Positions 23,051 to 35,645 of a DNA stretch of 64,000 nt are shown here, in pieces (the first letter of the stretch is position 1; every line of letters starts with the position of its first letter). Location of the stretch: positions 310,001 to 374,000 of the forward strand of contig NW_026250405.1 in NCBI RefSeq assembly GCF_024521635.1, written 5' to 3'. Origin of the DNA: Tricharina praecox. Taxonomy: Eukaryota. The notes under the pieces were generated by a model. It was given only the letters and a program-made list of their open reading frames with translations. It had not been told where the DNA came from and made no database searches. Both the position numbers and the translations under genes were made by a program.

Positions 23051-24074
23051 CACGAGCAGGAGTCAAGGTCCGAATCAACGGTCGAATACCGAGTGTGGAA
23101 TGATGAATGCGAAAACTCGGTCTCTCAGAGATCCCAGCTGCCGTGCTTGTGTTTTGTGTTCGGCGTTCGCCCGCCACTCCCACCCCTCAGGCTCTCCCAC
23201 CAACCTGCGCCGCTCCAAGCAATACTACAGTGCTATATACACGGATGCTATGTACCGGTATATACGGGATGTCTACTGCTGACCGCACAACCTACTGTAG
23301 TCAACGTCTACCGACGAGAGTACGTGCTTCCTATATGCCGGTAGAACATGCTACAGTGCCATGTACGGTACCCTCACCATCCCCGCCATCCCCGCCTTCT
23401 GGACTCTTCGAGCTTCCATCCATCCATCTATCCTTGTATGTATGCAGCGCATGTTGCCGTCTGATGTGGGGGTCTACAAAGAGTACATATGGTGCGCCTA
23501 GATGCGCCGACTGTCCGTGCACTGACCTCACCGACCCTCTAGGACCGGCAAGATTATCCGGGCACCACATGTATAATCATCATTCTCCTTTGTTTACCCT
23601 GGTGATACGAGTGACATTCACGCAACATTCACACAGCATTCACGCAACAGCTTCACTGTATCAATGGCACTTCCAAGTATAGGTACTGCGACCAGTTTGC
23701 TTTGACGACTTCTACTCTATCTCGATTCTGCGATGTCCATCCCCTCATTTAACCATACCATACCGGTATTCCCGGCCCGATCCGATCCCGATCCCTAGAA
23801 TAACACACAAGAAACAAGAAAAACAAGAGGTATCGCCAAGCCATGCCTCATAAAAAGCCGAGGGGATAAAAAAGAAGAAAAAAAAGACCAGAAAATCGGA
23901 AACCCCGTTAAAAAGTTGAATCCCCAAACAAGAAAGAAAAAAAGAAAGCGGAAAAACACCCCATGAACCCCGATAAAACAATGCCCAAAAAAGACATGAA
24001 CAAGACGAAACCAGTCCCACTAAAACATTATGCCCATCCTGTCATCTCTTGCCTGTAGTAGTTGCCAGAGCAGT

Positions 24075-26920
24075 CTACAGGTTTGAGCGTCCACGATCGT
24101 GATTGGGAGATCCTTCACGGGAAGGGCTCCCACCCCTCGAGACGTTGCGGCTGGGGAGCTCGACAACCTTGGGGTCGTACATCTTCGACCTGATGTAGTC
24201 GTCCAACTCCTTGTCCGAGAGGAACTGGAGAAGCTTGTGCCTGTCGACACCCTCCTTCTGGGCTGCGCGGATCACTTCGCGGGCAACGACGACCGAGACT
24301 TCGCGAACCCTCTTGAGCTCGGGGTAGAGATCACCACGCGCAATCTCAGCCTCGTTCAGAGAGGTGGCGAGACCAGCGGCGCTAGCGTAGATCATGCTCT
24401 CCGTGACGTGGGCGGCTTCGCAGAGAATGGTAGCCAATCCGATACCAGGGAAAACGTACACTGGAGAAATGTTAGCATCAAAGTGCATCGGATACACAGA
24501 AGGTGGGGTGCTTACTGTTGTTTCCCTGACCGGGGGATTTCTCGACGCCATCGACAACGACAGAGGGGAAGGGGGATCCAGAAGCGAAGATGACGCGGTT
24601 GTCAGTCCACTTCATGGCCTGCTCGAAAGTGCATTCCGACTTGCTGGAAGGGTTCGAGAGGGGGAAGATGATCGGCTCGGTGTTCAGCTCGGCCATCTTG
24701 CGCACGATCGGCTCGGTGAAGACACCTCCGATTGTGCAGAGTCCAATCAAACAAGTGGGCTTCACATTCTCGACGACTTCTTCCAACGACTTGTATTGCT
24801 TGCCATCGTTGTCTTCGCGAGCGAAATGAATCTTGTGATCGGCCAATGTATCACCGCGATCCTTGGTAACGAGACCGCGTGAGTCGACGAGCCAGAACAT
24901 CTTCTTGGCCTCCTCTTCGGGGATGCCATTGCGAGTGAACAGTCCACAGATCTGCTCGGCGACACCGGTGGCGGCAGAGCCGGCACCCATGAAGACGAGC
25001 TTGTGATCCTTCATGGGGAGGGAGGACCTCTTGAAGGCGCTGATCAGACCGCCGAGAATAACGGCACCGGTTCCCTGGATGTCGTCGTTGAAGACGGTGT
25101 AGGTGTTGCGATACCGCTCAAGGGACCAGAAAGGAGACTTGAAATCCTCAAACTGGATGACGATGCTCCTCCACCTATCGGTGAGGGCGGTCATCATCTC
25201 ATCGAGGAACTCCTTTTGCTCGTCCTCGGAGACACGCTTGTGTCGCGCGCCCATGTACAGGTCGTCCTTCAGGAACTCCTCGTTATTCGTACCGAAATCG
25301 AGGGTGATTGGTAGGGTGCGTTCGGGGTGGATACCGGCGCATCCGACGTAGAGGGCAAGTTTTCCGACGGGGATACCCATGCCGTTCACTCCGAGATCTC
25401 CGAGACCGAGGATACGGGATCCATCAGTGACGACGGCAATCTCGACGAGCTCCTGGGGCCAGTTGGCGACGACGTCCTTGAGGTTTCCCTTGTCCGTGTA
25501 CGACAGATAGAGACCCTCAGGATTCGTGTAGATATGCGACCACTTGAGGCAAGCCTCGCCGACGGTGGGGGTGTACACGTAGGGGGTGAGCTCCTGCAGT
25601 TCGGTTAGCGACCGGACGGACTAAGGCAGAGAAGACGCGAAAGACAAACCTTCATGTGGTCGATGAGGAGGCGGTAGAAAAGACCGGCATTGGTGTTGCG
25701 GAGATTCGACAGGTAGCTGTACTTGTCGATGGCGGTGCTCTTCAGGTTGATTTGCTCCATGCCTATGCGATCAATTAGCTCGAGGTTCTCGGCAGCATTT
25801 CTCGGCATCGAGTCACAGAGTCGGCGGTAGTGAGTGGCCACCGTTCCGAGCCAGGGGTGCCCCGCATAACGCTACGCAACTGGGACATCCGTAGCGACGG
25901 GGAAGACATGTCGGGGAAGACCGCGCACTAGACACAGCCCGCGCCACCTAACGGATTCACTCTCCCGAGACGCGCAATGCTCTGAGACATCCACCAGCGC
26001 TGAGGGAATAACGCTCTCGACGGCGTACGGTGCACGACGACCGGGACTAAGGAAGAGACAAGGTACGGTCGGTGCAACTTACAGCGACGCTCCTGCTTGG
26101 AGAAACCCTCGACGGCCGGAGGCACGAGACCCTGGATGTGCAGAGCCTTGCGAGCGGCCTCGTCGAACGAGGTATCGAAGTCGATAGTCGTTGGGTGAGG
26201 GGACGACGAGCTCGAACCGTCGATCTGGAACTTCATGTGGCTGAAGTCGAAAGACGAGACGCTGTTGGAGGGAACTTCAGTTAGCACGATTTCCGGAACT
26301 CCGCAGTCTGGAGCCATCTGGGCAGTGATTGAATGCAGTGTTGTGTGTGAGAGTAGAATGGAGAGTAGTATGGGGAGCAGTATGGGGAACGATGAAACGC
26401 GGGCGCGGTGTTTAAAAGAAAGAAATGAGGAGGAAGGCAGGAAGCATCGTGACTTGTGACGTGGAGCCGTTCTGCTTCCACCCGCTTCGGCGGGTGGAAG
26501 GTCGGCGAGTACTCGAGGCGGGAAGCACGAGGCGGGTTTCACTCGAACTTCAACATTGAAAAGGGAGCATATGACGTACGCATCATGGTCATCGGTCGAA
26601 GAGGAGCGAGTAGGGATAGTCATTGCGGGTAGTTGACTTGTTTCTGAGGCCTGACCAAGGCAAACGTGTTTCGCTCGTGCGAAAGATGAGAGGGTTCGGC
26701 GGGAGAGAGAGGGCGGCGGGCGAGCAGCAAAGGCAGTGGACGACGGCGGGGAAGCGGTCGACAGGCAGGTGGCGGCGGAGGTGGAGCGTTGGGTGCGAAG
26801 GGCAGCAGCAGCAGGAGTGGAGGGCGGACGACGGAGACTGGTAAGCAATGGCTTGGAGAAGTAGGGAATAGCAGTAGCAGTTGCAGTTGCGGAAGCCGAA
26901 TACAGTCGAGGAGGCAGCAT
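24075..26920 (-). CDS. maeA: Malic enzyme (MaeA-like, probably NADP-dependent) with putative mitochondrial presequence; exons 26920-26580, 26261-26083, 25762-25650, 25593-24516, 24460-24075
   Basis: Motifs VYTPTVGEAC, VTDGSRILGLGDLG, IQFEDF, FNDDIQGTG, GAGSAA, LSNP and GQGNNMYVFPG. All four introns are GT..GCTAAY..AG and keep frame. The start codon (26920 or 26623) is uncertain. Confidence 0.95.
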
Positions 26921-27761
26921 GGTCTTATACTTGCACGCGAATACTGCGGCCACGGGAAAAAAAGATTAGAGGGGGCAGGCTGTGCGACTATTGAGTGGTA
27001 AGGATAGTTGGGTCGAGTGTACGGATACTTTCTGTCGGAGGTGTCGGGAGCATGCACGAGCTCTGTACCTTGTCACCATAATCATCAGCCCGCCAACTCC
27101 ACACTCTCTTCTGCATCCCCCCTCACCCCTCCCCCTCACCCCTCCCCCTCGCCCCTCTCACCCCCCCCTCCACACTGCCACCCCACCCCCCCGGATGAGC
27201 CACTAGCCAAGCAGGTAAAGTAGAGTAGCTACCGCTGTAGGTAGATGTCTTATGCGCAGTGGCTAGAAGGAGACGGGACAAACCACCACCACCACAACCA
27301 CCCAGAGGTCCTCGATACGCATGGAAAAGCAAAGAGAGGATCAGAAGAAGAAAAACCTGTACAAGGGTACATACTTCGTGATGGAGTCGAGTGGTCCAGG
27401 GCCGTGGCAGAAGGACAACAAGCATGCAATGGACGATAGTCGCGTGCTACCCGAAGAGGCGCCTATGTACGAGGATACCGTAGCCAACCAACAATGCTGA
27501 CACAACAACAGCAGCAACGACAACAACAACAGCAGCACAGACAGGCCACGGTCCTCTGGCTGGTTCGCTGCCTGGATGGATGGGCTGGTCCTGTCTGACT
27601 ATGGGTCTGTCTGAAGATTGTGGAGCAGACCGAGTCGCAGTGCGGTTTGCAACACCCTTCGATTCCCAACTTGACTCCTGTCAGCAGCGTTGCTTCCTTC
27701 GCCTCTCGGTGTCTCCGCCAATGGGACACCGATAAATCCCGAACTTAGCGCGGGCTGGGGC

Positions 27762-27815
27762 TGGGTTGGGGTTGGGTTTGAGTGGGGTTGGGTTGGGTTG
27801 GGTTGGGTTGGGTTT
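27762..27815. repeat. (GGGTT)n microsatellite
   Basis: Tandem GGGTT units seen directly. Confidence 0.85.
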
Positions 27816-28308
27816 GAGGGGCAGGATTCGGGTTGGGTGGTGAAGCTGAACCGGAAGCCAGGGGGAGAAGTTGAGTGAGTGAGCAAGCACAGCGACGAAG
27901 TGGGTTTCTACTCCAACGTGTGGATACGACGCCGACGAAAAGCTGGTGAGATGGAAGGGGGGGTGGATGAGTGAGTTGGGAACGGATGACAGGCAGCAGG
28001 AGTGGGGGGTTATTGGGCTTCACGGGGTTCCGGTCGGCCGCCAGAGAAGTTGCAGTGAAAACGAAGCTTTCTTTTGGAACGTTTGCACTTGTTCGATCGG
28101 GAGCTTTCGGGATTAATTGCGAGGCACTACTTTTTTTCCGGAGCAGAGTCGGCAGGGGTGGCCTTGAGCTTGGATCCCAGAAGGTCCCAAAGTTCAGGGA
28201 ACGGAGGCCAGGATTGGGGCCAGAGCCGCTTGCGTTAGCGTGCCGGCTGCTTATGTATGCAGCAAACTCAACGGTCGACATGCTGCTATTTGCGCTTGCT
28301 TGCTGGCT

Positions 28309-28348
28309 GTGCTGCGTGCTGCGTGCTGCGTGCTGCGTGCTGCGTGCT
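28309..28348. repeat. (GCGTGCT)n heptamer tandem repeat
   Basis: About five tandem units seen directly. Confidence 0.85.
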
Positions 28349-31300
28349 CAGTCTTCACGGGCCTGCCAGCAGAGAGAGAGAGAAGGAGAGAGACAGAGCG
28401 TAGGACTCGATCGAGGCGTCCCGGTCGGCTTCTCAACGAACCTCCCTGATCGCGCAGGTAACGGGACGCGAGCGGCAACTCTTCCACAACCGTCTGCCGG
28501 TCTGAAGCACCGTCGAGAGACAGCGATCAGCCCCCCCCTTCCCTCCTTCCCCCGGCGATCCCTTCACCGCCGCCGCCGCTGTCTCCGCCGTGCACGGTTC
28601 GTGAGGCATTTATCGTGTGTCGCTTTGTTTCCTGGCTCCGTGACTAGGCAGGCCCTGCGAAGAGAAACGTCCCCACGGCATCCTGCTTCCCGGCGAGTGA
28701 GGCGGTACAAATCGCAGTCAAATCCGGCATCTCATACGCATACACCCTTACACAGTGCCTGAAAGCAATCAATTGTCATCAACCTACCGGAGATTATAAC
28801 CAGCATGCCGTCCAGCAGAGATGATGCCCCCCCAGACAGCGGCAGGGAAAACACTTCGCCTCTTCCGTTTCAGCTCGTTCCAGAACTCTACCGCTTGCGT
28901 TGCGAGACCCCGGTTAGACTCGTTCACGATGCACACAGTGCTTTCGCATATTACAGCTAAAACTCTTGAGGCTTTTTTTTTCCTCTTCATCATCTCTTTC
29001 CGTACTGCGTCCGTATCACATCCCTTCGGCTCGGATGGTTGTGTTTAAGAGTAAAACTTCCGGATTCGTGGAGCCGTTCAGGCAACAAAGGGAATAGGCT
29101 GCTGCGGGACCGAAAGCTCAGACCTCAGCCAGAGCTGCGCCCGCTGCGGCATGCCAGCCTCTCCTTCCCCAGATCTCGCTAAATTTGCAGCTTGGGGATG
29201 GACTGGAAGTGTTGGGACGAACAGAATCCCACACCACACCAAAAGCAACTAGGACGCCATCACCGAGGCGACGACGACAACATCCACAGATCCCTTCACC
29301 AGCGCAGCACCGCATTCAGACAGAACCCGACTCGCCAAATTCTTGTGGTCGTGGTTGAAGTTACGCGCAGTGTCGTCCTTCGACGTTGGTTCTTGGAATC
29401 TCGATGTGACTCTTTTTTTCTTTATTTCTTTTTTTCTTTTTTCTCTTTTTCTTCTTTTGGCGCCGACGAATTTTCACGATTTACGAACGAGCTGGTGGCT
29501 GCTAACTTTCGAGCCTCTAGAAAATATGCCGGTCACAGCGCCCAACCCACCGAAGCCAAAGCGGCAGTTTTACTATAGGCGCCGTCGCCAGACTCCGGAG
29601 GGCTGCCAGTCGGAGGGGTTGCGTTGCGTTGTTTTTCCTGTGACCCGATGATTCATGCCAGGAACATCCCTCGCAGCGCGATGAAGGCAAGTCGCCGTAG
29701 AGCAGAGTAGCTACCTCAGAAGTCATCATCGCCGTCATGATACTTCTCTCGCGACGCAGCCCCACCGTCTTTCGACTTCATTTCACTTTGCTCGATAGAT
29801 ACCGCGTTTTCAACGACGCCTCGATGACCGACCATGCTTGCTCCGAGATTATTAAATCCTTGATGTCCATCCCGAACTTTTCTCGGGTGCTGTGACTACA
29901 CTACCGTACCTACACTCCCTAGAGTACTGGGTACCTTGTTATGCATACGTCACATGTCGCGACACTTGTATGTAGAGTAGACTTGTAGTGCCAGACCGCC
30001 AGTAGAGTAACTAACGGCTACGGAGTCCACGCTTCCGACCCCGACCCCGACCCACAGTTCGAACTTCGCACGCAATTCTTCGGGCTCTTATTCGCGGAAT
30101 TTCTGGTCGTCTACGCGCGGCGGTGGGCAGGCATCATGTAACCTATCGAGGGTCTGGCCCAAACCCCAACTCCGCATGTGGCAAGTCTACTCTAGTTACT
30201 CTACCATTTAACCACGGGTACACAGGTAGAGTACACATCTAGGTAGCTTCCAGCATAGGAATCGGCATCGACAGCAAGGCCGGACTTCTGTGAGATTTTC
30301 CGGCGGGACAACAGCCACCCATGGGCCATGGCCGAGCGAACCGAAAATGTGGGCGGAGATGCGGAGATGCGGAGGCGCGGAGGTGGCCAGACTCCAGAAC
30401 CGTACTCTACCGTACCCCGCATTTGCGGAGTCGTTCAAAGTAACGTTGCCTACATGTTGCGCGCTAGATATACGCGTGCCGGATGAGTCAGATCATCCAT
30501 CTCAAACGAAACGGCGACTCCCGTCTTCCGTCGTGTCTGCACTTTTGGTGCTTACATACAGTCTTATCTTCCGGTTTCCCCCCGAGAAACAGCTGCGTAT
30601 GTATGTATGCGCGCCCACCAAACGTGTGTATGTACCCACTCACCCCCGCTGCGTCGCCGACAAGTTTCAGGCTCGCAGGTTCCGGTCCAAACAGGTCCAT
30701 CGTCCACCGTCTCACAGATGCCATACCTTCCAGCCACATGCATACCTACCGGTATATACCGGTATATCCTCGCGGCTGCGGAGTGCGGAGTGCGGACTGT
30801 CGATGAATTAAGGTTATCGTGATCTAGCTTGGGGGGGACCAGGATGATGATGATGATGACCGTGATGACCGTGATGACCATGACTCGATTCGATTACACA
30901 AACCTCCGAACCTTGCTTGCCGCGTGCGTGTGTGTGGCCTTCCGGTCTTCCCGGCTGCATGGCGGTTGTGCGTGCCTCGGGCGGGCGGGTTGGCGGGACT
31001 GGCGGGCTGGCGGGATTGTGACTCCACGGACCACGGACCAAGGATCACGGGTGCGTGGAAGTGAGCTTGGTCTCTAGAGGTATAGTACCCATAGTGGTGG
31101 CTGGGTGGGTGGGCCCGGTGGGATGTGGAAAAGGGCTGCAGATCATGATTACCGTAATGCGGGGGTGTTTCAGCTACTGGAACTCGTGGGTATCTACATA
31201 CACAGGCTCGATTGACACATCTCTGCAACGTGATGGCAAATGTTTAAAGTAGGTATGCTGGCCCACTGCACTCCACTCGCGAGATATCGGGCCCGGGCCC

Positions 31301-34300
31301 GGACCTGAGTATCGTACGATACTACGATGCACGGCACGCGTCCGTTGCAGGTTGCAGGCTGCAGCTGGAGGTCGACTACCGGTATCTAGGTGCTCGTGCT
31401 TGCAATCTACGGGTATGTATTAGCACAGGCGATGACTGACCTGTCCATGGTCGAACTGATGGTCCCACGATATCCGCGGGCCGCGGGCCGAGGGACGTAG
31501 ATTAGTTTGTGAGTCATAGACCCGCACTCACTGGAGTTGGTAGGCAGCGGGGTCTGTATGCATACTCCACGTACGCTAAACAGACGAGACGAGACCCTTC
31601 TTCTCAGGACGGGAGTCTCCACGTTCGGTTTCCACATGCCGAGATCGATCGAGCGAGCGAGCGGGTGGGGAGCGAGCGGGTGGGGAACGAGAACGGAACG
31701 AGAACGGAACGCCAGGCTAGGTAGTAGGGGGGAGGGAGGATAAATCCGCACGTGCCTGTGAGTGTGTGCATGAGTGTGTGCATGTGTGGAGCACGGTAAC
31801 TACTACCTAACTACCGTAGCTATCCCAGATTATCCCCGGAGCTTGTCACCAGCACCATGGACGTCGACTTCATCGACATCGACATGTGAGTGAGTCTCGC
31901 GTGCGCCGGGTATGTAGTTCGTGCTTGAGTTCTGTTAACCGTATACGACCGACGATAACTGACTCCAAGCAAGGTATGTATCTGGCACTGCAAGGCAAAA
32001 CATGCAGGCGTGCGTACGTACGCACGGGTTGTCGAGAATTTAATATAGGGCCCGCATACTATACTCTATCTACTCTATATCAACACCACTGTTCGGCTAT
32101 CTGGAGTGATCTACTCTACCTACATATGCTACGCGCCCCATCATGACACTACCCCAGACTCTCCTCCCGAGTACATATACCAAGCTTTCGGATGGCTGGA
32201 TAGTATTACGCAGACGCAGACGCTGGTTCCGGGTCCACCCCACCACAGGCGAATTTCGCACCCAACTGTGGGATGTATGTGTGTACATCATATGTAGGCA
32301 CTCTATTACTCTATTACTCTATTACTCTATCCATGTACCAGCCGGCCGCTCTGCTCCGAAGCTGCTTCATGCTATGCGATGCGCGGCGGCTCATCACTCT
32401 CTTTACAATTACACATGTCATGATTCATCCCCAGAGTCCTGTCCTGGATGGCCGTAGCCGTAGCCGTGACGACGCGCACGGGCGTTTCACGGGCTGTTTC
32501 TATTTCAACATGCTTCATGTGTCACCGCCGAGAGATCTCGATGCATCGATGCAGCACATGTGGTTTTCGTGGGATACGGGATAAGGTATGAGGTATGCGC
32601 ATGCTATTGAGGACTGGAGATCCTCACTCACTCATGCAATGCGGAGGACGAAAACGAAAACTGTTCGGAATGGAGTGATCTTCCTCCTATTGCTCCTCTG
32701 GGTCTTCCGAGCAGTGAGTCTTCCGCCGCTCGGCGATAGAGATGTTGTAAAACATCCACTCCTGTTTTTTTTTCTTCCTTTTGTTTTGTTGTGTTTTGTT
32801 GGCAGTTGGCAGTTGACGAGAAACGCGCGGGAAACTCTGCAGGATACCGGTATGGCGTGATGCTACATCCATATCTCATACTTTTTGTATAATTGCTTCT
32901 TCCCCATCCATCGCCGGCGTTCCTCCGCCCGTCCATCCATCCATCCATCCATCCATCCGAGATTTTCCGATCGCCGGTATCTAGGCATAGGTACCCGTAT
33001 CCATATATAACTGTACTCCCCGTCAATCATGCAGAGTAGAGTTGTTGGTACCTACATGACGGCTAGTTACCGTATGTAATAACCTTTACCAGGTATGATT
33101 TTTCCCAGCCCTATGGCGGCGACCGCGGCGAGGTGAGATCCCACACCCACTGTAGTGAACGGCGTTCGCGCGGATCAGCGGCGGGCGGACGGGCGGATGG
33201 GACCCCACCCCACCCGGTTACGTTATGTGGGCCTGAGCCTGAGCTTGTATCGCGTCGTGGGGGAAGGATGGCAGGCAGGCCGGCGGAGCGGGGAAGATGG
33301 CAAGCCCGGACTCGGACCCCACGGAAAGGGTTTCAGGTTGAGGTCGGCGAGTGATGACATGTGCGGTTGACACTTGATCACGCCACTTGAAGGCTGAAGG
33401 CTGAAAGGATGGCAGTGGCGAGTGGCAGTGAAGAGTGGCAGTGAAAGCGCGGGAGCTATGTACATCTCAAGTAAGTATGAAAGCTTAAGTTTATGCATAC
33501 ATGATACCTTCCAGGGCTGGATGCAGTGGATATCACTGGAGCCTGGTAAGGCTGTAACTACAGGTACTCGAACGCCTATTACGGTAGCTTGCTGAGGCAG
33601 TGTGCTGCGGCGGGTGACGACCTAGAGTAACAACCCAAGTCTAAACAGTAGTCACTGCTCTTCAAATTGAAATGTGAAGGGCACTACGACGCGATAAAGC
33701 AAATGAATTTCCTGTCACCTGTATGTACCCTACATGTAGACTGTAGGTAGAGTATAAAGGATATGTTCCCGGACAGAAGGAGTAATCCTTACGGTACTCA
33801 TGGGAATCGCCTCAGCACGTATTTCTTTCCGTCTGTTGAATGCGTACTGCGCTCGTCGAGTTAGGATATGGCTTCACTTTGAACTCCGGTTGATGGATTG
33901 ATAATTCACACAGCATAGAACCCCAAGGTTATGGCCAGCTGAGGTATCTACATACAACAAAGCATTTGACAAAGAAATTCCCACCAAACCCCCGAATCAG
34001 AAATGACAGTCCAAATCCCTTTATCCTCGCAATACTTGAAAGTGAGCCTCCGAAAGGGCTCAAGTTGTCGGTTGTGCGCTGTAGAGGCGCGTCGTTGCCC
34101 TCCTCTTCTTCAAAAGGTACCTCAACGTGACCAGTCTAGCGCACACGGCATGGTGCCCGAAAGTAATCGTCGTCTCGGGTTTGCGTAGCTGTCAAGGCCG
34201 GGGTCCGATGAGCTTGAACTCTGGTGGAAATCTTGTGACTGTACTCGAAGGTATCTTCCGCACTGCGAAGTACTTGGTAGCATACCATCAATGTGGCTAG

Positions 34301-34736
34301 GCCCCATCCGCGTCATGGTATATCACTATCACCTGCCGCTGACTAAGTAGTGGCATCCCAATCGAATGAAGACGTTGCCATAGCAAATCCCGGAGCTCGA
34401 GTTCTGTAGATTCTCTAAGCAGACTTCCCGAGCCGGCGAATCAATCCCCGCGCTCTCGGGCCACACTCCACATTCCACATCACGGACCACGGTAATTGGA
34501 AGGGATGGCCCGTGCGTTTCCTCGTTCCCTGCACTGAACTATCCCTGTCCAGGTGAAATCAGCCGGGACGGGGTCACACACGTCACCCGACATCAGCCTG
34601 CGCGCTGGCTGGCTGTTCCGTTCAATATAGCTATCGCGAACGACACACCCCGCACCAGCACTACATCCCCTTCGCCACCCCATCACCGACCGCTACAACA
34701 ACACCGCTGGCAAACGAAGACAGGAAAGAAAAAACC

Positions 34737-35645
34737 ATGGCCCCACAGCCCCTCACCACCACCATCCGGACGTCCCGACACGGCGCCTCGCAGCCAGCAA
34801 TCTACGCGATCCACTCCGGTCCCCAGCGGGGTGTGCATCTACTATCGTCCGTCAGCCCACTCCCCCTCCCCCCCTTTCAAACTTCTCCACTCGCTAACAG
34901 CCCACGCGTACCCAGGGCGGACCCACTGCCAGCCTCAATCCAATACCTGTACCGGCACCCAATCAACGTGCACCGCACATTCCTGACTGTGACTGGCGAC
35001 TTCCTGCGGCGACGCTTCGACTCGATCGACGCCGCAACGAAATGGATCGATGAGCGCGACCGGGAGCGGGAGCTGTCCGACGCGCTCGAGGCGACCACAC
35101 TCACGCCATCCGCCGCCCCGCCCCCCACCAATACCACACCACCACCCCCGCAACAGCAGGGCTCGAATGACGACTCCGATATCGCCGCGCTCGTGTCGGA
35201 GCTGCAGGAGCTGCGCGAACAGGAGCTCGCGCCTTCCTCGCCGATCCACGCCCGCGCGAGGAGGGCGAGTGACCCTGTGTTCAAGTTCGCGCCGCAGAGC
35301 ATGAGTGTCTCGGGTGTTGTGGATGGCGGCAGGGTGAGCAAGACGCCGTCTTCGTCGCCCTCCGGGGTGAAGGATAGGAAGAGGGTGGTTGCTGTGCGTG
35401 GGAAGTATGGCATGAGCCATTTGGGTGTGAGACGTAGGGAACTACTGTATAGTCTTGTGGCCCCCGATGATGATGGCGCGGACGAGGATGTCAGGAGGAG
35501 GGAGAGGCTGGCGGTGTTGGGTGGCGTGGTGGGCGTGGGCGGGCCGACGGGGATGGGGAGTGCGTCGGCGTCGTCTTCGTCAGGAGGAGGAGGGGGTGGG
35601 AGTGGGGGTGGTGACTCGGCAATGGAGATCGAGGAAGAGCTCTAG
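34737..35645 (+). CDS. Hypothetical protein with possible RNase H1 N-terminal (hybrid-binding/Cauli_VI-like) domain and low-complexity tail; probable in-frame intron 34847-34915
   Basis: 302-codon GC3-rich ORF with AAAACCATGG start context. A 69-nt GTCCGT..GCTAAC..CAG intron keeps frame. AT-rich 3' UTR follows. Confidence 0.75.
   Translation: MAPQPLTTTIRTSRHGASQPAIYAIHSGPQRGVHLLSSVSPLPLPPFQTSPLANSPRVPRADPLPASIQYLYRHPINVHRTFLTVTGDFLRRRFDSIDAATKWIDERDRERELSDALEATTLTPSAAPPPTNTTPPPPQQQGSNDDSDIAALVSELQELREQELAPSSPIHARARRASDPVFKFAPQSMSVSGVVDGGRVSKTPSSSPSGVKDRKRVVAVRGKYGMSHLGVRRRELLYSLVAPDDDGADEDVRRRERLAVLGGVVGVGGPTGMGSASASSSSGGGGGGSGGGDSAMEIEEEL

Noticed and set aside
26620..27057. Upstream overlapping ORF whose TGA overlaps the second malic-enzyme ATG (ATGA)
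   Set aside because: It starts at GTG and has no ATG in that frame; the stop/start overlap is likely coincidental.
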